From Callorhinchus milii (taxonomy: Eukaryota), in assembly GCF_018977255.1 (NCBI RefSeq), contig NW_024704743.1:101682001-101746000 (forward strand): a DNA stretch of 64,000 nucleotides. The letters are read 5' to 3'. The notes under the pieces are model-generated. The model did no database searches. It saw only the letters and a program-made list of their open reading frames with translations, and was not told the origin of the DNA. Made by a program: the position numbers and the translations under genes. Positions 13,121 to 26,036 of this stretch are shown one piece after another (the first letter of the stretch is position 1; each line of letters starts with the position of its first letter).

Positions 13121-15219
13121 GTCATTGTGACATCAACCTACGTAAAACAAGTTACGTAAGTCCAATGTTGCCTTTCGATTTATTTTCCTTTCTTTTAATT
13201 TTGTCTTTTCACCCACAAAATACCCAGTCAATTCCTCTTTACGATTTATTCTGTGAAGTGATTTGAGATGTCTCAATGACGTGATAAGGCACTATATCAA
13301 ATGCAAGGATTATTATTATTAATTTCCTTATATAATTCTCATTTGCTGTCATCCACCCTGCTACCCCCCGCCTGGAGTCAGGCTCCGCCACTGTTAAGCA
13401 CGCTGAGGCGCTACCCTGCGTTGAGGGCGTTATATAAGTGCATGTTGTTGTTGTTCTACTTCGAATGGGATGATGATCTGAAGTACCATCTGCCTGTTCA
13501 GGTGCATGTTAGAATGATAAGAACAAATAAGTCCATTTTCTACTTAGAAAATAAGCCAAAGCAACTAGAAGTGATTTGAGATGTCTCAAGTGTTCAACAG
13601 CATTCATTACAAAAACACTTTAGAGTCAATGCTAAAGAACTCAGCTTGCCACAGCACTTTTGACTACGATTTTGCGATAATAACTGCATTGTTCTCACAA
13701 ACACTGATCAGGCCAAGTGTGGGCAGATGAATGATGAACATTTACAGTACAAATACATGATGGATTTAAATACTTAGAGGCACACATTTAACCTATTGTG
13801 CACCAGCAATTAATTGTTCTTGGAAGTGCCTTTAGCATGGAGCTGGTGATCACTTTGCTTTGCTGCTGAAAAGTCTATTCTCTAGCGTTCTGAATAACTG
13901 GAATATGATCAACACTTGCTGCTCCTGTGTACCCTTACCCTATAAACCCAATAAACATGTTAGTGTTATAGTTTACTAAAATGGAAATACACCAAGCAGA
14001 ATAATACATCTGGAATGAATTTGAGCTTTACACTCCAAACAAATTGGGCTTCTATTAGTGTGGGTGGGTAACAATGTGATAAAGCAAAGATTTGGTGATT
14101 ACAAAGAATAGACAATATGAAAACAGGCCACTTGGCCCAACCAGTTTGTGTCGGTATTTATACTCCATACGAATCTTCACCCATTCCTTATTCCCTCCCA
14201 TACCCTTTTATTCCCCTCTCCCTCATGTGAAAGTCTAGCTTCCTCTTGAATCCTTCTATAGACAGAGGGCAGCTTTTTTGTCCTCAATTATTTGTGGGTT
14301 ATAAATTGCCTTCGTCCAAAATACACAGAATCTATAGAGGCTGAGTTTGTTATACAGTATTTTGATATTCTGAAAAAAATGTGCTAATCTGCGTCCAGTT
14401 GTATCCACGTGCCAGACGAAAATACCTCATGCAGTTAATTCTCTTTCTAAGTTGAAACAACTAACTATGGTCAAAATACAACATTTGGTACACTGTATTA
14501 CAGGCGAGATTTATTAGTTTTAATCAAACAAACCATCATAAATCTATTCTACAGTATTGTTTTCTCCTAAAGATAACATGAGTACAACACGAACAACAAC
14601 ATAAATTTGTATAGTGGATTAAACATCAGAGTGTTTTGCACGGCTGGCTGGGCCTTTGAGCTGGGGCTGAGGAGCTGAGGTGGGGTGGGGGTCGGGGTGT
14701 AAAGGTAACCAAATGTGTTGTCGACAAGATAAGTCTTAAAGTGGGATTGAAAGGTGGAGAGGGAGGGGGAGGTACATAGTGTGTATTTCTAAATTTTGGC
14801 TTAATGATTAACAACAGATCATTGAGCAGCCACAAGTTTTGAACAAATTTATTCTGACTGAAGAACGATGGAGGACAAAGCTATGTGAAGATGGCTCAAT
14901 GGATTCACTGGAAGAATTGTTGACCCCTATATGCTTTCTTGAACTTTCATGCTGCCCAATCTATACTTAGACAAAGATCACTGCCAACGCCATTATTCAA
15001 GCTAATCTTTGACTTGATGACAATTTCTTAATGGTTAAGCCATTTGACATTTTTTTCTAAACAATCTTCACAATCAACAGCTCAAATATACCACACAGGT
15101 CACATTATACTCCACACGAATCTTCACCCATTCTTTAGTCCCTCCCATACCCTTTTATTCTCCTCTCCCCCGTATGAAGGTCTAGCTTGCTCTTGAATGC
15201 ATCTATAGACAGAAGCCCA

Positions 15220-15930
15220 CCACCTGCTCCCTCAACCCCATCCCTACCCCACTCCTTAACTCCCATCTCCACCTCCCTGCCCCTTTACTCAGACCTCCAA
15301 CTTTTCCCTGTCAACTGGCACTGTTCCCACCCCGCCTAAAAACAGCTGTTATCACCCCTATCCTAAGAAAACCTCCCCTGGATCCTTCCCTGCTCTCAAA
15401 CTACCACTGCATCTCCAAGCTTCCTTTCCAAGGTCCTTGAAAGAGTTGTTGCTTCCCAACTACGCTCCTTCCTCTCCTGACACTCTCTTTACGAACCTCT
15501 TTAATCATGTTTCCATGCTGCGCACAGTGCAGAAACTGCCCTGGTCAAAGTGACAAATGACATTCTGTCCATCTGAGACCAGTGCCCTCTCTGCCTCCTC
15601 ATCCTCCTTGACCTTTGGCTGCTTTATGTCCCCTGCCCAGCCCGCCCCACCATCGATGGTTGGGTGATCGGGCCTTCAGTCGCTGCTCCCACCCTCTGGA
15701 ACTCCATCCCACATTCCCTTTGCCTCGCTCCCTCCCTTGCCTCATTCAAGGCACACCTCGAGACCCTTATCTTCAACTGTGGCTGCGGCCATCCTCCTAC
15801 CCTCTCTGCCATCCACCCTCCCTGATCCTAACTCCCCCATCCCCTACCCGGGCCCCAATCCCTGACTGTTCAGCTCCTTGGGACATCCTACCGATGTGAA
15901 AGGCGCAAAACAAAAATAATTTTGTATTGT
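15220..15930 (+). mobile_element. L2 LINE fragments
   Basis: Similar to the L2 RT region (aaactaccactgcatctccaagcttcctttccaaggtccttgaa; gaaactgccctggtcaaagtgacaaatgac), joined to the tail ggacatcctaccgatgtgaaaggcgc. Confidence 0.8.
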
Positions 15931-16465
15931 ATTTTGTATTAACATTGATGAGGATACTTAATCCATATAATAATAATAATCCTTGCATTTGTTATAACAC
16001 CTTAGGTGTAGGCGAGTGTGGCAGTCAATTTTCACACAGCAATTTTCCACAATAGCCATGAAGTAAAAGAACAATTTCATGTGGGGGAATATTGGCCAGG
16101 CATTGTATTGAATTCATGATTTACTTTTAAACTGGAAGGGACAGTGCTGCCAACTGAGATGTTGGATAAATGAATGTAGACTTTCCCCAACATCAGCACA
16201 GTCTGTTTTGCTTTCAACTCAGTTCTGCTGAGCTTGCTACATAACATCCTGAATTTACAGCACACAAAACTGACAGAAAATATACACAGTACTAGCAATT
16301 CAGTCCTGGAACTAAACCAATCAGCTACTTTTAACTCACAAGTCCTCTTTAATCTTTAAACAGTGTTATATTTCAACAACCATACTTAAAGGGGAGAAGG
16401 ATGTACGGGGTGAGGTGGGGATAAATAGTTTGTTCAAAGATATCCCCATTGTTAATCTGAAAATA

Positions 16466-16761
16466 TAATGATAATGATAATAATCCTTGCATTTGATATC
16501 ACGGCTTATCATGTCGTTGAGACATCTCAAAGCGCTTCACAGAATATATTGTAAAGCGAAATGCGGCAGCCAATTGCGCACAGCAATTGTGGATTTTTTT
16601 AATGGATAATATCTACCAATCGACTAACAACCTAGTTCCTACTTACTGCTAGGTAAACAGAGGCCTGTGGAGTAAGGGAACTAAGGTTTCGCCCTGCCCG
16701 GGAATCAAATTTGGATCCTCTCACTTGAGAGGATGCTCTAACCAATATGCTACAGGACTCC
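16466..16761 (-). mobile_element. tRNA-derived SINE, long form
   Basis: Same head plus the extra central segment cctctgtttacctagcagtaagtaggaac. Confidence 0.85.
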
Positions 16762-18353
16762 ACAATATACATTTTAGTGAAATTATATTGATTTTTCAGG
16801 CTATTAGAAATTCATCATTTGGAACCTCTTTTCCTCCCCAGGCACTTCAGTCGGATCAACTAAGGAAACAGCTGTGTCCAAAAGGAGCCCTGTTCACTGC
16901 ACTGAAGGCCTGCACTTAGTGCCTTACACCCCCACATGTATAATTCAGAGCATGCAAACAGGTCACCTTGAAGGCAACGTGTGGTTATGAAGTGATTCTT
17001 TGTGACAGCTACATCGTGCCTCACTCTTACATACGCCAAGAATAAAATTTGTCATTTGCCCTTGGATTCCCTCATCACATTTTCCGCTTCTCATCTGTGT
17101 TACTCTGGTAAGTGTCCACTTGACACAAACTATAATTCGCCCACAAAATATACAGCCAATTCACTTTACGGTATATTCTATAGAGTGCTTTGAGATGTGT
17201 AGAAGACGTAATAAGGTGCTATATCAAATGCAAGGATTATTAAACTAAGCTCTCGTCATACATGACCTAATGCCTCATGACTTCACTGATATCCTGGGCT
17301 GAGTGAAACCTGACTGACTGATAAGTGTCTCATTGGCAGAACTTGAAGGGGTAGATAAAGAGAATTGCAAATATTCCCACTCGGCTCCTGTTAATCCTGC
17401 AAGTCAAAGCTCTAACGGGTAGAGTGGTCCTAGCTGGACAAGCAGTGGGAAAGCTAGCCAGGCAGAGCTCTCAATATGGTTAAACTCCAGCATTACCCCA
17501 ACATACACCCTGGGGTCCGCAAGCCTTGGATCTTGCGAACCTAGACCTAACACTCTCCAAAATTAGGTAAGCAGAGTGCATCCCTCCAGGGAAAAACCGA
17601 GCATTTAATTCCAAATACAGGGAAATTTCCATGTGCAGATGGTATACATATCTGGAACAATCAGTCTGGTTTGGGCTTCCGCACGCATGACACCTGGCTG
17701 ACCAAAAAAAAACCTCTATCTGGTGAGAATATCTAGCTCATAGCAACTAAATGTGGTCTCATTTATCAACAACTGCCTAACCTCTAACCTCAGGTGCAAT
17801 GTTGCCTGCCATCTCTTATTATTTAAAGGGGTGTGAAGGGGCGTCAATGTGAATTTGAAACCATAAATCCCATAGAAATGTATAGGACAGCACAGAAGAA
17901 GCCCATTCATCTGTGCTGGCTATTTTACTAGCAATCCTTTCAGGATTTACCTGCCCTTTCTCCCCTATCCCTGTAATTTTGTAAAACATGCAAGAATTAT
18001 TATTATTATTATTATGCTCATTTACAACAAAAGATTTGGCAAACATGACGCAAGACTATAAATGAAGTCAAAACAGATTTCTCCATCAATTAATCCAAGA
18101 CAGCGCTATGACTAAAATAACATTTCCTTCACAAGCAACAGAAAAATTAATGTCTAGCAGTACGCTTTGTCAATAAGATGGTGCTCATTGTTTCTTTGGT
18201 TGCTGTTTGTAGGTGACCACACCTGTGAGCCACTATTAGAGGAAAACAAATGCACTGAATAAAAGGTGAAATGCAGGGAGCTTGTGCCCCACCCTCCAAA
18301 CCAAGATTCAGATTCACACCGAAAAGCTGAACATTTTAAGATTGGATTTTTAC

Positions 18354-18375
18354 CTTTCAATCTACTGCTTTCCAT
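18354..18375 (-). CDS. Candidate alternative first coding exon of SYBU (MESSRLK/G, phase 1)
   Basis: gggagATGG has a good Kozak context. ATG GAA AGC AGT AGA TTG AAA G|GTAAAA has a phase-1 donor compatible with exon 4. It lies in repeat-free sequence downstream of an X-box. Confidence 0.45.
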
Positions 18376-18540
18376 CTCCCTTAAATAAGGCACAAAATTA
18401 ATTTGTGGGCAGGTGCTCTTTGCTTTTTTTCCTCCTCTCTCCCTCTCTTGCTGCTAACACGAACTACTTTGCTGCCGTTCAGAGAGATGCTCTTTAATAA
18501 TTCCATGTTCCCACAGTTAGCAGGCAAAACATTCGCACCC

Positions 18541-18554
18541 GTTGCCATAGTAAC
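18541..18554. promoter_or_regulatory. RFX X-box motif
   Basis: GTTGCCATAGTAAC fits the near-palindromic X-box consensus GTNRCC-N(0-3)-RGYAAC. Confidence 0.6.
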
Positions 18555-19039
18555 AGAAAGGAAGAGAAACTCGGACCTATCAGACACATGCTGGTGTCAG
18601 GGGACGACAGCACTCTGCTTGATAAACAGCTTTATTGGAGTACAGTAACAGATCACCTCCAAGCCAGACGATGAGCCACGTTCGACCATCCAGGGGGAAT
18701 TCCAACAACGTTACGTTACAGTTTAAATGAAGCTCTCATTTAAGGATGGTTTCTTCCATTTTCAGTCTTTGTGGCCGTTTATGGGACATTGCGGTGTGCA
18801 AATTGGCTGCCATGTTTGCCCTCAAAGGAGAAGTCACTGCACTTTACAGTAAAATCCTGTGATGAGCTCCCGACGTGAAAGGTGCTACAGCAAATGCAAG
18901 GCTTATTATTATTTATTATTTGATAATTAATTAAAATTTTTGAGTACAATTCAAATTGAATTACAATCACTTATCTCACATATTGGCCTCAGATGAAAAA
19001 TTAACCGAAAAGTAGAATATAAATGGAAGCTAACTAAAT

Positions 19040-19700
19040 ATATCTGTAGAATTTTGGGGGGAAAACTTGCCAGGGGCCTGCTGGTTGTCTGACACAGGTG
19101 GAAACCCATCATCATGCTTAAGAGTATCCAAACTAAACTGAGAATTCCATGCATCTCACCCATACATGGAGATTCCAGAGATATCTATTGGAATGGAATG
19201 CAGACTCTCCCTCTGGAGGGACCTATCCTGCTTACCCTCTTCCGGAGTGTATTAGGCGCAGGTTGGCAAGAGCCCATACTTGGGGATCCCAAGTGATGGA
19301 GTACTAGCTAAAACCAGCTTGCCATTGATACTGTTAACTGGCAAGTTTTCCCACTATTTATCCAGCTAGGACCAGCCTATCCCTTAGGGCTTTAGCTTGC
19401 AGGGTTAACAGGATCTGAGTGGGATGAGTCCTTCCCCCAGTGATTGGTCTTCCCTTCCAAGTCCTGCTGATGAGCCAGGCTGGCTGGGCGGCCATTAGTA
19501 GTGCCCTGGAATACTGCATACCTCAGGAACTGGATTATGAAGACTGTCACAGAGGGTTGGCTCGATTCTGACATTCCATTACCAAACATGTCACCTTTGA
19601 GCCAGTTCAACTCCAAGGAGACACCTCTTACCTCCCCGCTTTTAATGCCGGGAGCCAAGCCGAAGAGTGTCTGTCTTGTCAACTTTCAAAGAAACCAGGA
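19040..19700. repeat. Unclassified interspersed repeat (other copies ~17300-17700, 58530-58790, 58990-59860, 63340-63870)
   Basis: Shared blocks attcccactcagctcctgttaaccctgcaagccaaagccct, gtcctagctggacaagcagtgggaaa and atgcttaagagtatccaaactaaactgagaattcc, found in both orientations. Confidence 0.8.
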
Positions 19701-19749
19701 CTTGATGTCTGATGTGCAACCAGTCAGAAAAGCGATAGTCCTGGAATCA

Positions 19750-19990
19750 AAGGTACAGGTACAGAGACAGAGTGTGTATCATCTACATACGTTGTGGAAG
19801 TGTCTACAGATGATGCCACTGAGTGGGAGTGTAAAGATAGTGAAGAGGAGAGGGCTGAGGATATAGCCCTGAGGAACGCCGCATGTGACTGTGTTGGGGC
19901 AGGAGGGGAAACCGATATTTGACGAAGTGGAGACATTGGGGTCGATAGGAGTGCAACCATAATAGGTCAGAACTATGAAGGTGCAGCAAA
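19750..19990 (-). mobile_element. L2 RT fragment
   Basis: TCGVPQGYILSPLLFTIFTLPLSGIICRH. Confidence 0.75.
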
Positions 19991-19994
19991 GAAT

Positions 19995-21225
19995 TTTTCG
20001 ATGAGGTAACGGAGAGGGTGGTTGAAGGTAGTGCAGTTGATGTAGTTTATATGGACTTTCAAAAGGCACTTGACAAAGTGCCACATAAAAGACTTATAAG
20101 AAAGATAGAAGCCCATAGCATAAAAGGGACAGTGGCAGCATGGATCCAGAACTGGCTGGGAGACAGAAAGCAGAGAGTTGTGGTGAACGGCTGCTTTTCT
20201 GACTGGAGGGAAGTGTACAGTGGCATCCCCCAGGGATCGGTATTGGGACAACATCTCTTCTTAATATATATAAATGATCTGGACTTGGGTGTAGCAAGTA
20301 CCATTTTCAAGTTTGCGGTCGACACAAAGTTAGGTAAGGTGGTGAACAGTGGGAAGGATAATAGCCAACAACAGGAAGACATAGACAGAATGGTAAAATG
20401 GGCAGACACATGGCAGATGAATTTCAATGTGGAGAAATGCGAGGTAATGCATTTTGGAAGAAAGAATGAGGGAAGGCAATATAGACTAGGTATTACAATC
20501 TTAAGGGGGTGAAGGAACAGAGAGACTTGGGGGTCAGGTAAATGAATCCTTGAAGGTGGCAGGACAGGTAGATAAAGCTGTAAAAAGGGCATATGGGATA
20601 CAAGGCTTTATAAATAGGGGCATAGAGTACAAGAGTCAGGAGGTTATGATTAACCTATATAAAACATTGGTTAGGCTTCAGTTAGAATACTGTGCTCAGT
20701 TCTGAGCACCACACTATAGGAAGGATGGAAAGGGTGCAGAGGAGATTTATAAGGATGGTACCAGGAATGAGGGACCTTGATTATGAGGAAAGGCTAGAGA
20801 GGCTGGGATTATTCTCATTGGAGCAGAGAAGGTTATGAGGAGACCTAATAGAAGTTTTCAAAATCATGAGAGGATTTGATAGGATAGAAAGGGAAAAACT
20901 GTTTCCACTGGTGGGTGTGTCGGTGACTTGAGGTCACAGATTTAAAATAAGTTTCTAAAAGAAGCAGAGGGGAGGTGAGAAGAAATTTTTTCATGTAGCG
21001 AGTTGTTTGAATCTGGAACGCATTGCCTGAAAGGGTGGTGGAGGCCGATTCGATAACAACTTTTAATAATGCGGTGGATGGGTATTTGAGGAGGACGGGC
21101 TTGCAGGGTTATGGGGAAAGGGCTGGGGAATGGGATTGACATTACATTGCTCTTTTCAAAGAGCCGACACAAACTCGATGGGCCGAATGGCCTCTTTTTG
21201 TGCTGTACGATTCTATGATCTATGA
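19995..21225 (+). mobile_element. CR1-clade LINE, 5'-truncated
   Basis: VDVVYMDFQKALDKVPHKRL, SGIPQGSVLG, FAVDTKL (catalytic FADD mutated) and WQMNFNVEKCEVMHFG. The 3' end has a CR1-type ATTCTATGAT tail. Confidence 0.95.
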
Positions 21226-21242
21226 AAGAGGATAGGCTTTAC

Positions 21243-22500
21243 AAAGATTATACATGGAAACAGGCCTCTTGGCCCAACTAGTCTGTGCCGGTGTTTATAA
21301 TCCACATGAGTCTTCACCTATTCTTTATTCCCTCTCATGCTTCGATTTCCCTCTCCCTGATGTGAAGGGCTAGCTTCCTCTTGAGTGTATCTATATTAAC
21401 TGATTCTATTACCACTTTAGGCAGCGTGTTTCGGAATCTCACTCACCTCTGCGTGAAGTAGTTAATCCAAAATTATCTTTTAGATCGCCTCGTTGTTATG
21501 TTACGTTTATGTCCCCTGGTTACGGACTCTCCAACCTGTGGAAACTGCCTATTTATGTTATCCGTATCAAACCCCTTTTATCATTTTAAACACTTCTATA
21601 AGGCCCCCTCTTCTCTGCAAAAAAGTCCCACACATCCAGTCTATCCTGATAGCAACCTTCCAGCCCTGGTATCAATCCTTGTAAACAAACATAAGCTGTT
21701 CTCTTTCCATCGCTCGTCTATCCTTCTTATAGTGTGGAGACCAGAATTGGACACAATGTTCAAAATATGGTCTAACCAAGCTTTTATATAAGTTCAACAT
21801 TACCTCCTCATTTTTACAATCTATCCCTCTGCATATAAGTCGCAAGACCCCATTGGGCTTTTTTTTATAGCCTTACCTACCTCTGCCTTCAGAGATTTGT
21901 GGATTTGAATCCCCATATCTCTCTGCTGCTCTTAGGTTCCTAACAACTAGACTATAGATGGCTTTTTTATTTTCTTCTGCTGAAGTGAATTACTTCAAAT
22001 TTTCCTTTGCCATTTAATTTGATTTGCCATTGGACTGAACCATTCTGCTGCTCGCCTGTTGATGTCTTTCTGCATTCTTCTACAATCTCTTTCACTGTTT
22101 GAATTGCCCCCCCAGTTTGATGTCATTTGCAAATTTTGATGCCACACCTCCTGAATCTGAATAATTTATGTAAATGGTGAACTGTAGCAGTCCTAACACG
22201 GATTCCTGTGGAGCACCACTTCCTACCAGCTTGAGAAGACACACTTAAGTCCTACTCTTTGCCTTTGATTTCTAACCATTCTTTAATCTATTCTGCTACC
22301 TCACCCACAATTCCATTTAGTCATGAGCCTCTCTTGAGACACTTTATCAAAGGTCTTTTGGAAATCCAGATGCACTACACTCACTGCATTTCTCTTGTCT
22401 ACTTTATCAGTTACATCTTCAAAGAATTTAATATGCATGACCTACCTTTCGTAAATTCATGATGGACTCTCTTAACTATATTCTCCTTCTCCAGATGACT
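21243..22500 (-). mobile_element. CR1-clade LINE, older, 5'-truncated
   Basis: Reverse complement of CR1 ORF2 3' half and UTR (gaaacaggcctcttggcccaac; actttatcaaaggtcttttggaaatcca). Confidence 0.85.
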
Positions 22501-23358
22501 AGATAGGCAGGGAAGCATAGAGTAGTCATTGGGTAATATCGTGAAAGGCACTACAGATATATCAAATGCAAGGATTTTATTGTTATTATATTATGGGTTT
22601 ACTTTGAACCTTCAGTAAATTTGCAGGTTGTTTTCCTTTCATTTTCCATCATGATCAATTTCAGCAATGAGCTCCAAGGCCTGCACGTAATCAAGGTTAA
22701 CATGATGGGGATTGCATAATCAGTGATTGCACTTTACAGGAAATCCTTAATCTTGTAAAGCACTTTAAGATGTCCTCTTAAATGTGAAAGGTGCTATATA
22801 AAACAGAAGGGTTATCATTGTAAGTAAAAATCAAAGCTTGTTAAAAAAAATTATGTTAATTTCTCTTCTGAAATTCATCATTTCAAGTGAGCTACTTCCT
22901 CTCATTTGCAGTTTCTTCATTTTTAAAAAATGTCATACTGTAGCCACAATGAAAGATGCTGTGCTGCTCTTTTCTGGCCTCAATCTTTCAATCTTTCCAA
23001 TGCAGCAATTGGATTGCAAATGAACTTTAGCCCTTTGTCTTTCATATGCAGAAGATGTAGTGTTAGATCTCACAGCAAGGATGCTCATCCCATGAATTTC
23101 AATTCTCCAATGGGCTCATTCGTTGAAGCAATAATCCATGCAATAGATAGTACAACAACAACTACAAACAAGAAATTGCATTCATATAGCACCTTTCATG
23201 TTTGGAGGATTGAGGGTTGGATTTAGGATGTCTGGGTGCCAAGGAGGGGATGACGGACTGGGAAAATGACCAAAGTTGTGGTCAAAGAGGAAGGTCTTGA
23301 ACAGACCTTGAAGAAGTTGAGGGAAGGGGTGAGGCAAAGCGACTCCAGGATGAGTTGT

Positions 23359-23710
23359 GGAGTTCTGTAGGTCATTTGTTAGAGCACTCGCCTCGCGAGC
23401 GAGAGGACCTGGGTTCGGCAGGACTAAACACTGGGCAAGTTTCCTTACTCCACACATCTCTGTTCACCCAGCAGTAACTAGAAACCTGATCGCTTTTCTG
23501 GGGGTAATAATCTCTTCCAAAAAATAAATAATAATAATTTAGTCACTCAATCCACGACTGTTCGTGGGACACTATTGTGTATAATTGGCTGTCGCTTTTC
23601 ACCCACAAAACATACAGTCAATTTACTTTGAAGTATATTCTGTGAAGCGCTTTGAGACGTCTCAAAAACATGATAAGGCGCTATATCAAATGCAAGGATT
23701 ATTATTGTTA
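23359..23710 (+). mobile_element. tRNA-derived SINE, long form, inserted in an L2 3' fragment (23150-23850)
   Basis: Head, central ctctgttcacccagcagtaac and tail; minus-strand L2 sequence on both sides. Confidence 0.85.
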
Positions 23711-23899
23711 TAGTTTCAGAGAGTAAGGGTGGAAAGGCTAAATGGCTGACCACTAATGGTGGGGTGGACAGGGCAGGGGACATGAAGCAAGCCAGTGTCT
23801 GCTGAGCAGCGGGAGAGGAAGGGTTGGTAGGGTTTCAGAAGGTCACAACAAAGATAGTCTTTGCACAAATAGCCTTTAAAAGCTCAATGTTATTTTGTT

Positions 23900-24140
23900 T
23901 AGCATTATGAAGAGGTTGGACAAACTGGTCAGATATAGGCTATTTCCACTTGCTGGTGAGTCTAAACAAGAGGACATAAATGTAAAATAACTCAGAGCAG
24001 ATCGAGTTTAGATAGATCTAAGATAGATTTAAAATGGAGTTTTGGAGGATCTTCTTGATACAGAAGGTGGTGAGAATATGGAACTCACTGCCAGAAATTA
24101 TGGTACAAGCAGAAAGCATCAATGTATTTATGAAGAAACT
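23900..24140 (+). mobile_element. CR1 3' fragment
   Basis: FLIQKVVRIWNSLPE, the CR1 C-terminal FFxQRVVxxWNxLP motif. Confidence 0.75.
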
Positions 24141-25269
24141 GAATGCAGGCCAAGACTGGCTGGTACCAATTGAAAGAAACAACCATTTCAAAAATCAAAA
24201 TTGGAATCTGCAAACTTCCTCACTCCCCCTCCAACTCCAAATAACAAAAGCTTTCCATTTACATGGCTCTTTACCTAAACTTGGAACATTAAAATCTGAG
24301 TGCACACTGGTCAGGGGGAGGCCTGCTTTGCTCGAAGAGCTCAGTTACATTGATAGCTCAGACATTTTAATCGACAGAGGATTGAGCAATACAGACCGAG
24401 AAAGTCTCAGGTTTGATCCCCAGTCTGAGCTGTGTCACCTGATCTCAGGACTCCAGCTGTTACACCTGACTGAGGAGTTCAGATTAAGGCGGATTATTTT
24501 GCTCCTTGATCCCTATCAAGTGATCTTCGCTGGAGGTACCCTGTGAGGATACTGGGTGTGGAGAAGATCAGGCTTGGCTGTAATGCTCTTCACAATCAAA
24601 CAGCATGTTGATAAGCCTGAATCCCATGTCAGAGTAGTGGGTACTTGATTGAGATACTGGAGGATGCATGGACAGCAGCACTTTCAGGGTCAAATAAGGA
24701 ATTAATCCCTCCAAGTTAAGACAGGTGAAAATTGAATGTGAAAATTGAGGAAAGAATGTGACAAGCATGCTCAATATACAGGTTCAAACTCCTGCCCTTC
24801 TCATTGACAATCAAATGCTCAGTTGCTTGAACAACCAGAACTGTTTTGTTATTTTGTTGGTCTGAAGGGAATTTCATCTCCTACCAGCCAACATGCTACC
24901 TGCACAAGCAAATTAAGATGCAGATAGCAGTGCTATCAGCAAGAATGGAGTTTAGGAGGATCTTCTTTATACAGAGGGTGTTGAGAATATGGAACTCACT
25001 GCCAGAATGGCTTCTGCTGACTACTAAATAAAGCTTTAAGTTTGGTATCAGCATTTATTAGGGAAGAGTTCAAATTATGTTAAGCTCAAATACTCGCTTC
25101 CTTCAATTGCTTATTTCTGCGAGATGCCCAACAGTTTTCAGCACTGCAGATATAGAGCAATTTAAGACTGAATCTTCCCACACTCCTAACGCGAGACTGT
25201 TACAATTGCCATCTTATGACTTGTGACGTTTCTGTAGCACTGAAAGACTGTGTTTTATTCTGAAATGTT

Positions 25270-25490
25270 ACCAACAACAACAAGATTCCATTTATAGAAC
25301 AACTTTCACGTCGGGAGGACGTCCCAAGGCGCTGGACAGTTGGGTCAGGACCCGAGCAAGGGGGGAAATGGTCAGGGTGAGTGGAAGGAGGGAGCGAGGA
25401 GGGGGTAGAGAGTCGAGAGGGGAGCTGAAAGCACGGTCAAAGAGAAAGGTCTTGAGACCGGCCTTGAAGGAGGAAAGGGAGGAAGCAAGA
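25270..25490 (-). mobile_element. L2 3' end
   Basis: Nearly identical to 27445-27655 (ttcacgtcgggaggacgtcccaaggcgctggacagttgggtcaggacccgagc). Confidence 0.9.
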
Positions 25491-25838
25491 GCATCTTATT
25501 TTCTAGTTATCAGTAAATATACACCCGTCTGTCTTTTCAGGTGGACGTTAAAGATCCTAAGGCACTATTTGAAGAGAGAAAGGAGTTTCTCCAGTCACCC
25601 TGGCTAACAAATCCCCCAAAATAAAAATGGGTCAATCACTCCACGGTGTTTGTGGGACACTGTTGTGCACAAATTGGCTGAGGGGTTCATCAAAATTATA
25701 CAGACAAAAGTATATCCTATGAAATGCTTTGAGGCATCTCAATGATGTGATAACCCGCTACATCAAATAAAAGGATTATCATTATTATTATTTATATACA
25801 ATGCAGAATTATACCTGGGGATTATATAAAAATCTTAC

Positions 25839-26036
25839 CTGGCTGCACCAGACATAGCTTCTGGTCTTTCTTGTGTCTGAAGTGTTGCGTGTTCCACTCC
25901 GGTTCAGTGCCACTGTTCAATTTTCTTCCACCCTCCTCCTCCTCATTCACAGCAGGAAATGCCAATGGGCTGCTTGCCAATTTTGAAGGAGATTTAACAG
26001 GAGACACTGACTGACTGCTGGGACACCCGGTGTCAT
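25839..26036 (-). CDS. SYBU: Syntabulin coding exon 3 (198 nt, phase 1 to 1)
   Basis: Acceptor ttcttgttgagcag|ATGACACC, donor CCAG|GTAAGA. Encodes (D)DTGCPSSQSVSPVKSPSKLASSPLAF...HKKDQKLCLVQP(G); the recalled human sequence is DDTGCPSSQSVSPVKTPS...KKESKSGLVKPG. Confidence 0.95.

Noticed and set aside
19460..19500. CTGATGAG hammerhead-like core in the unclassified repeat
   Set aside because: No downstream GAAA and the motif is not conserved in other copies.
24034..24546. 170-aa ORF
   Set aside because: Begins in a CR1 fragment and runs through an old SINE-like repeat, with no coherent homology.
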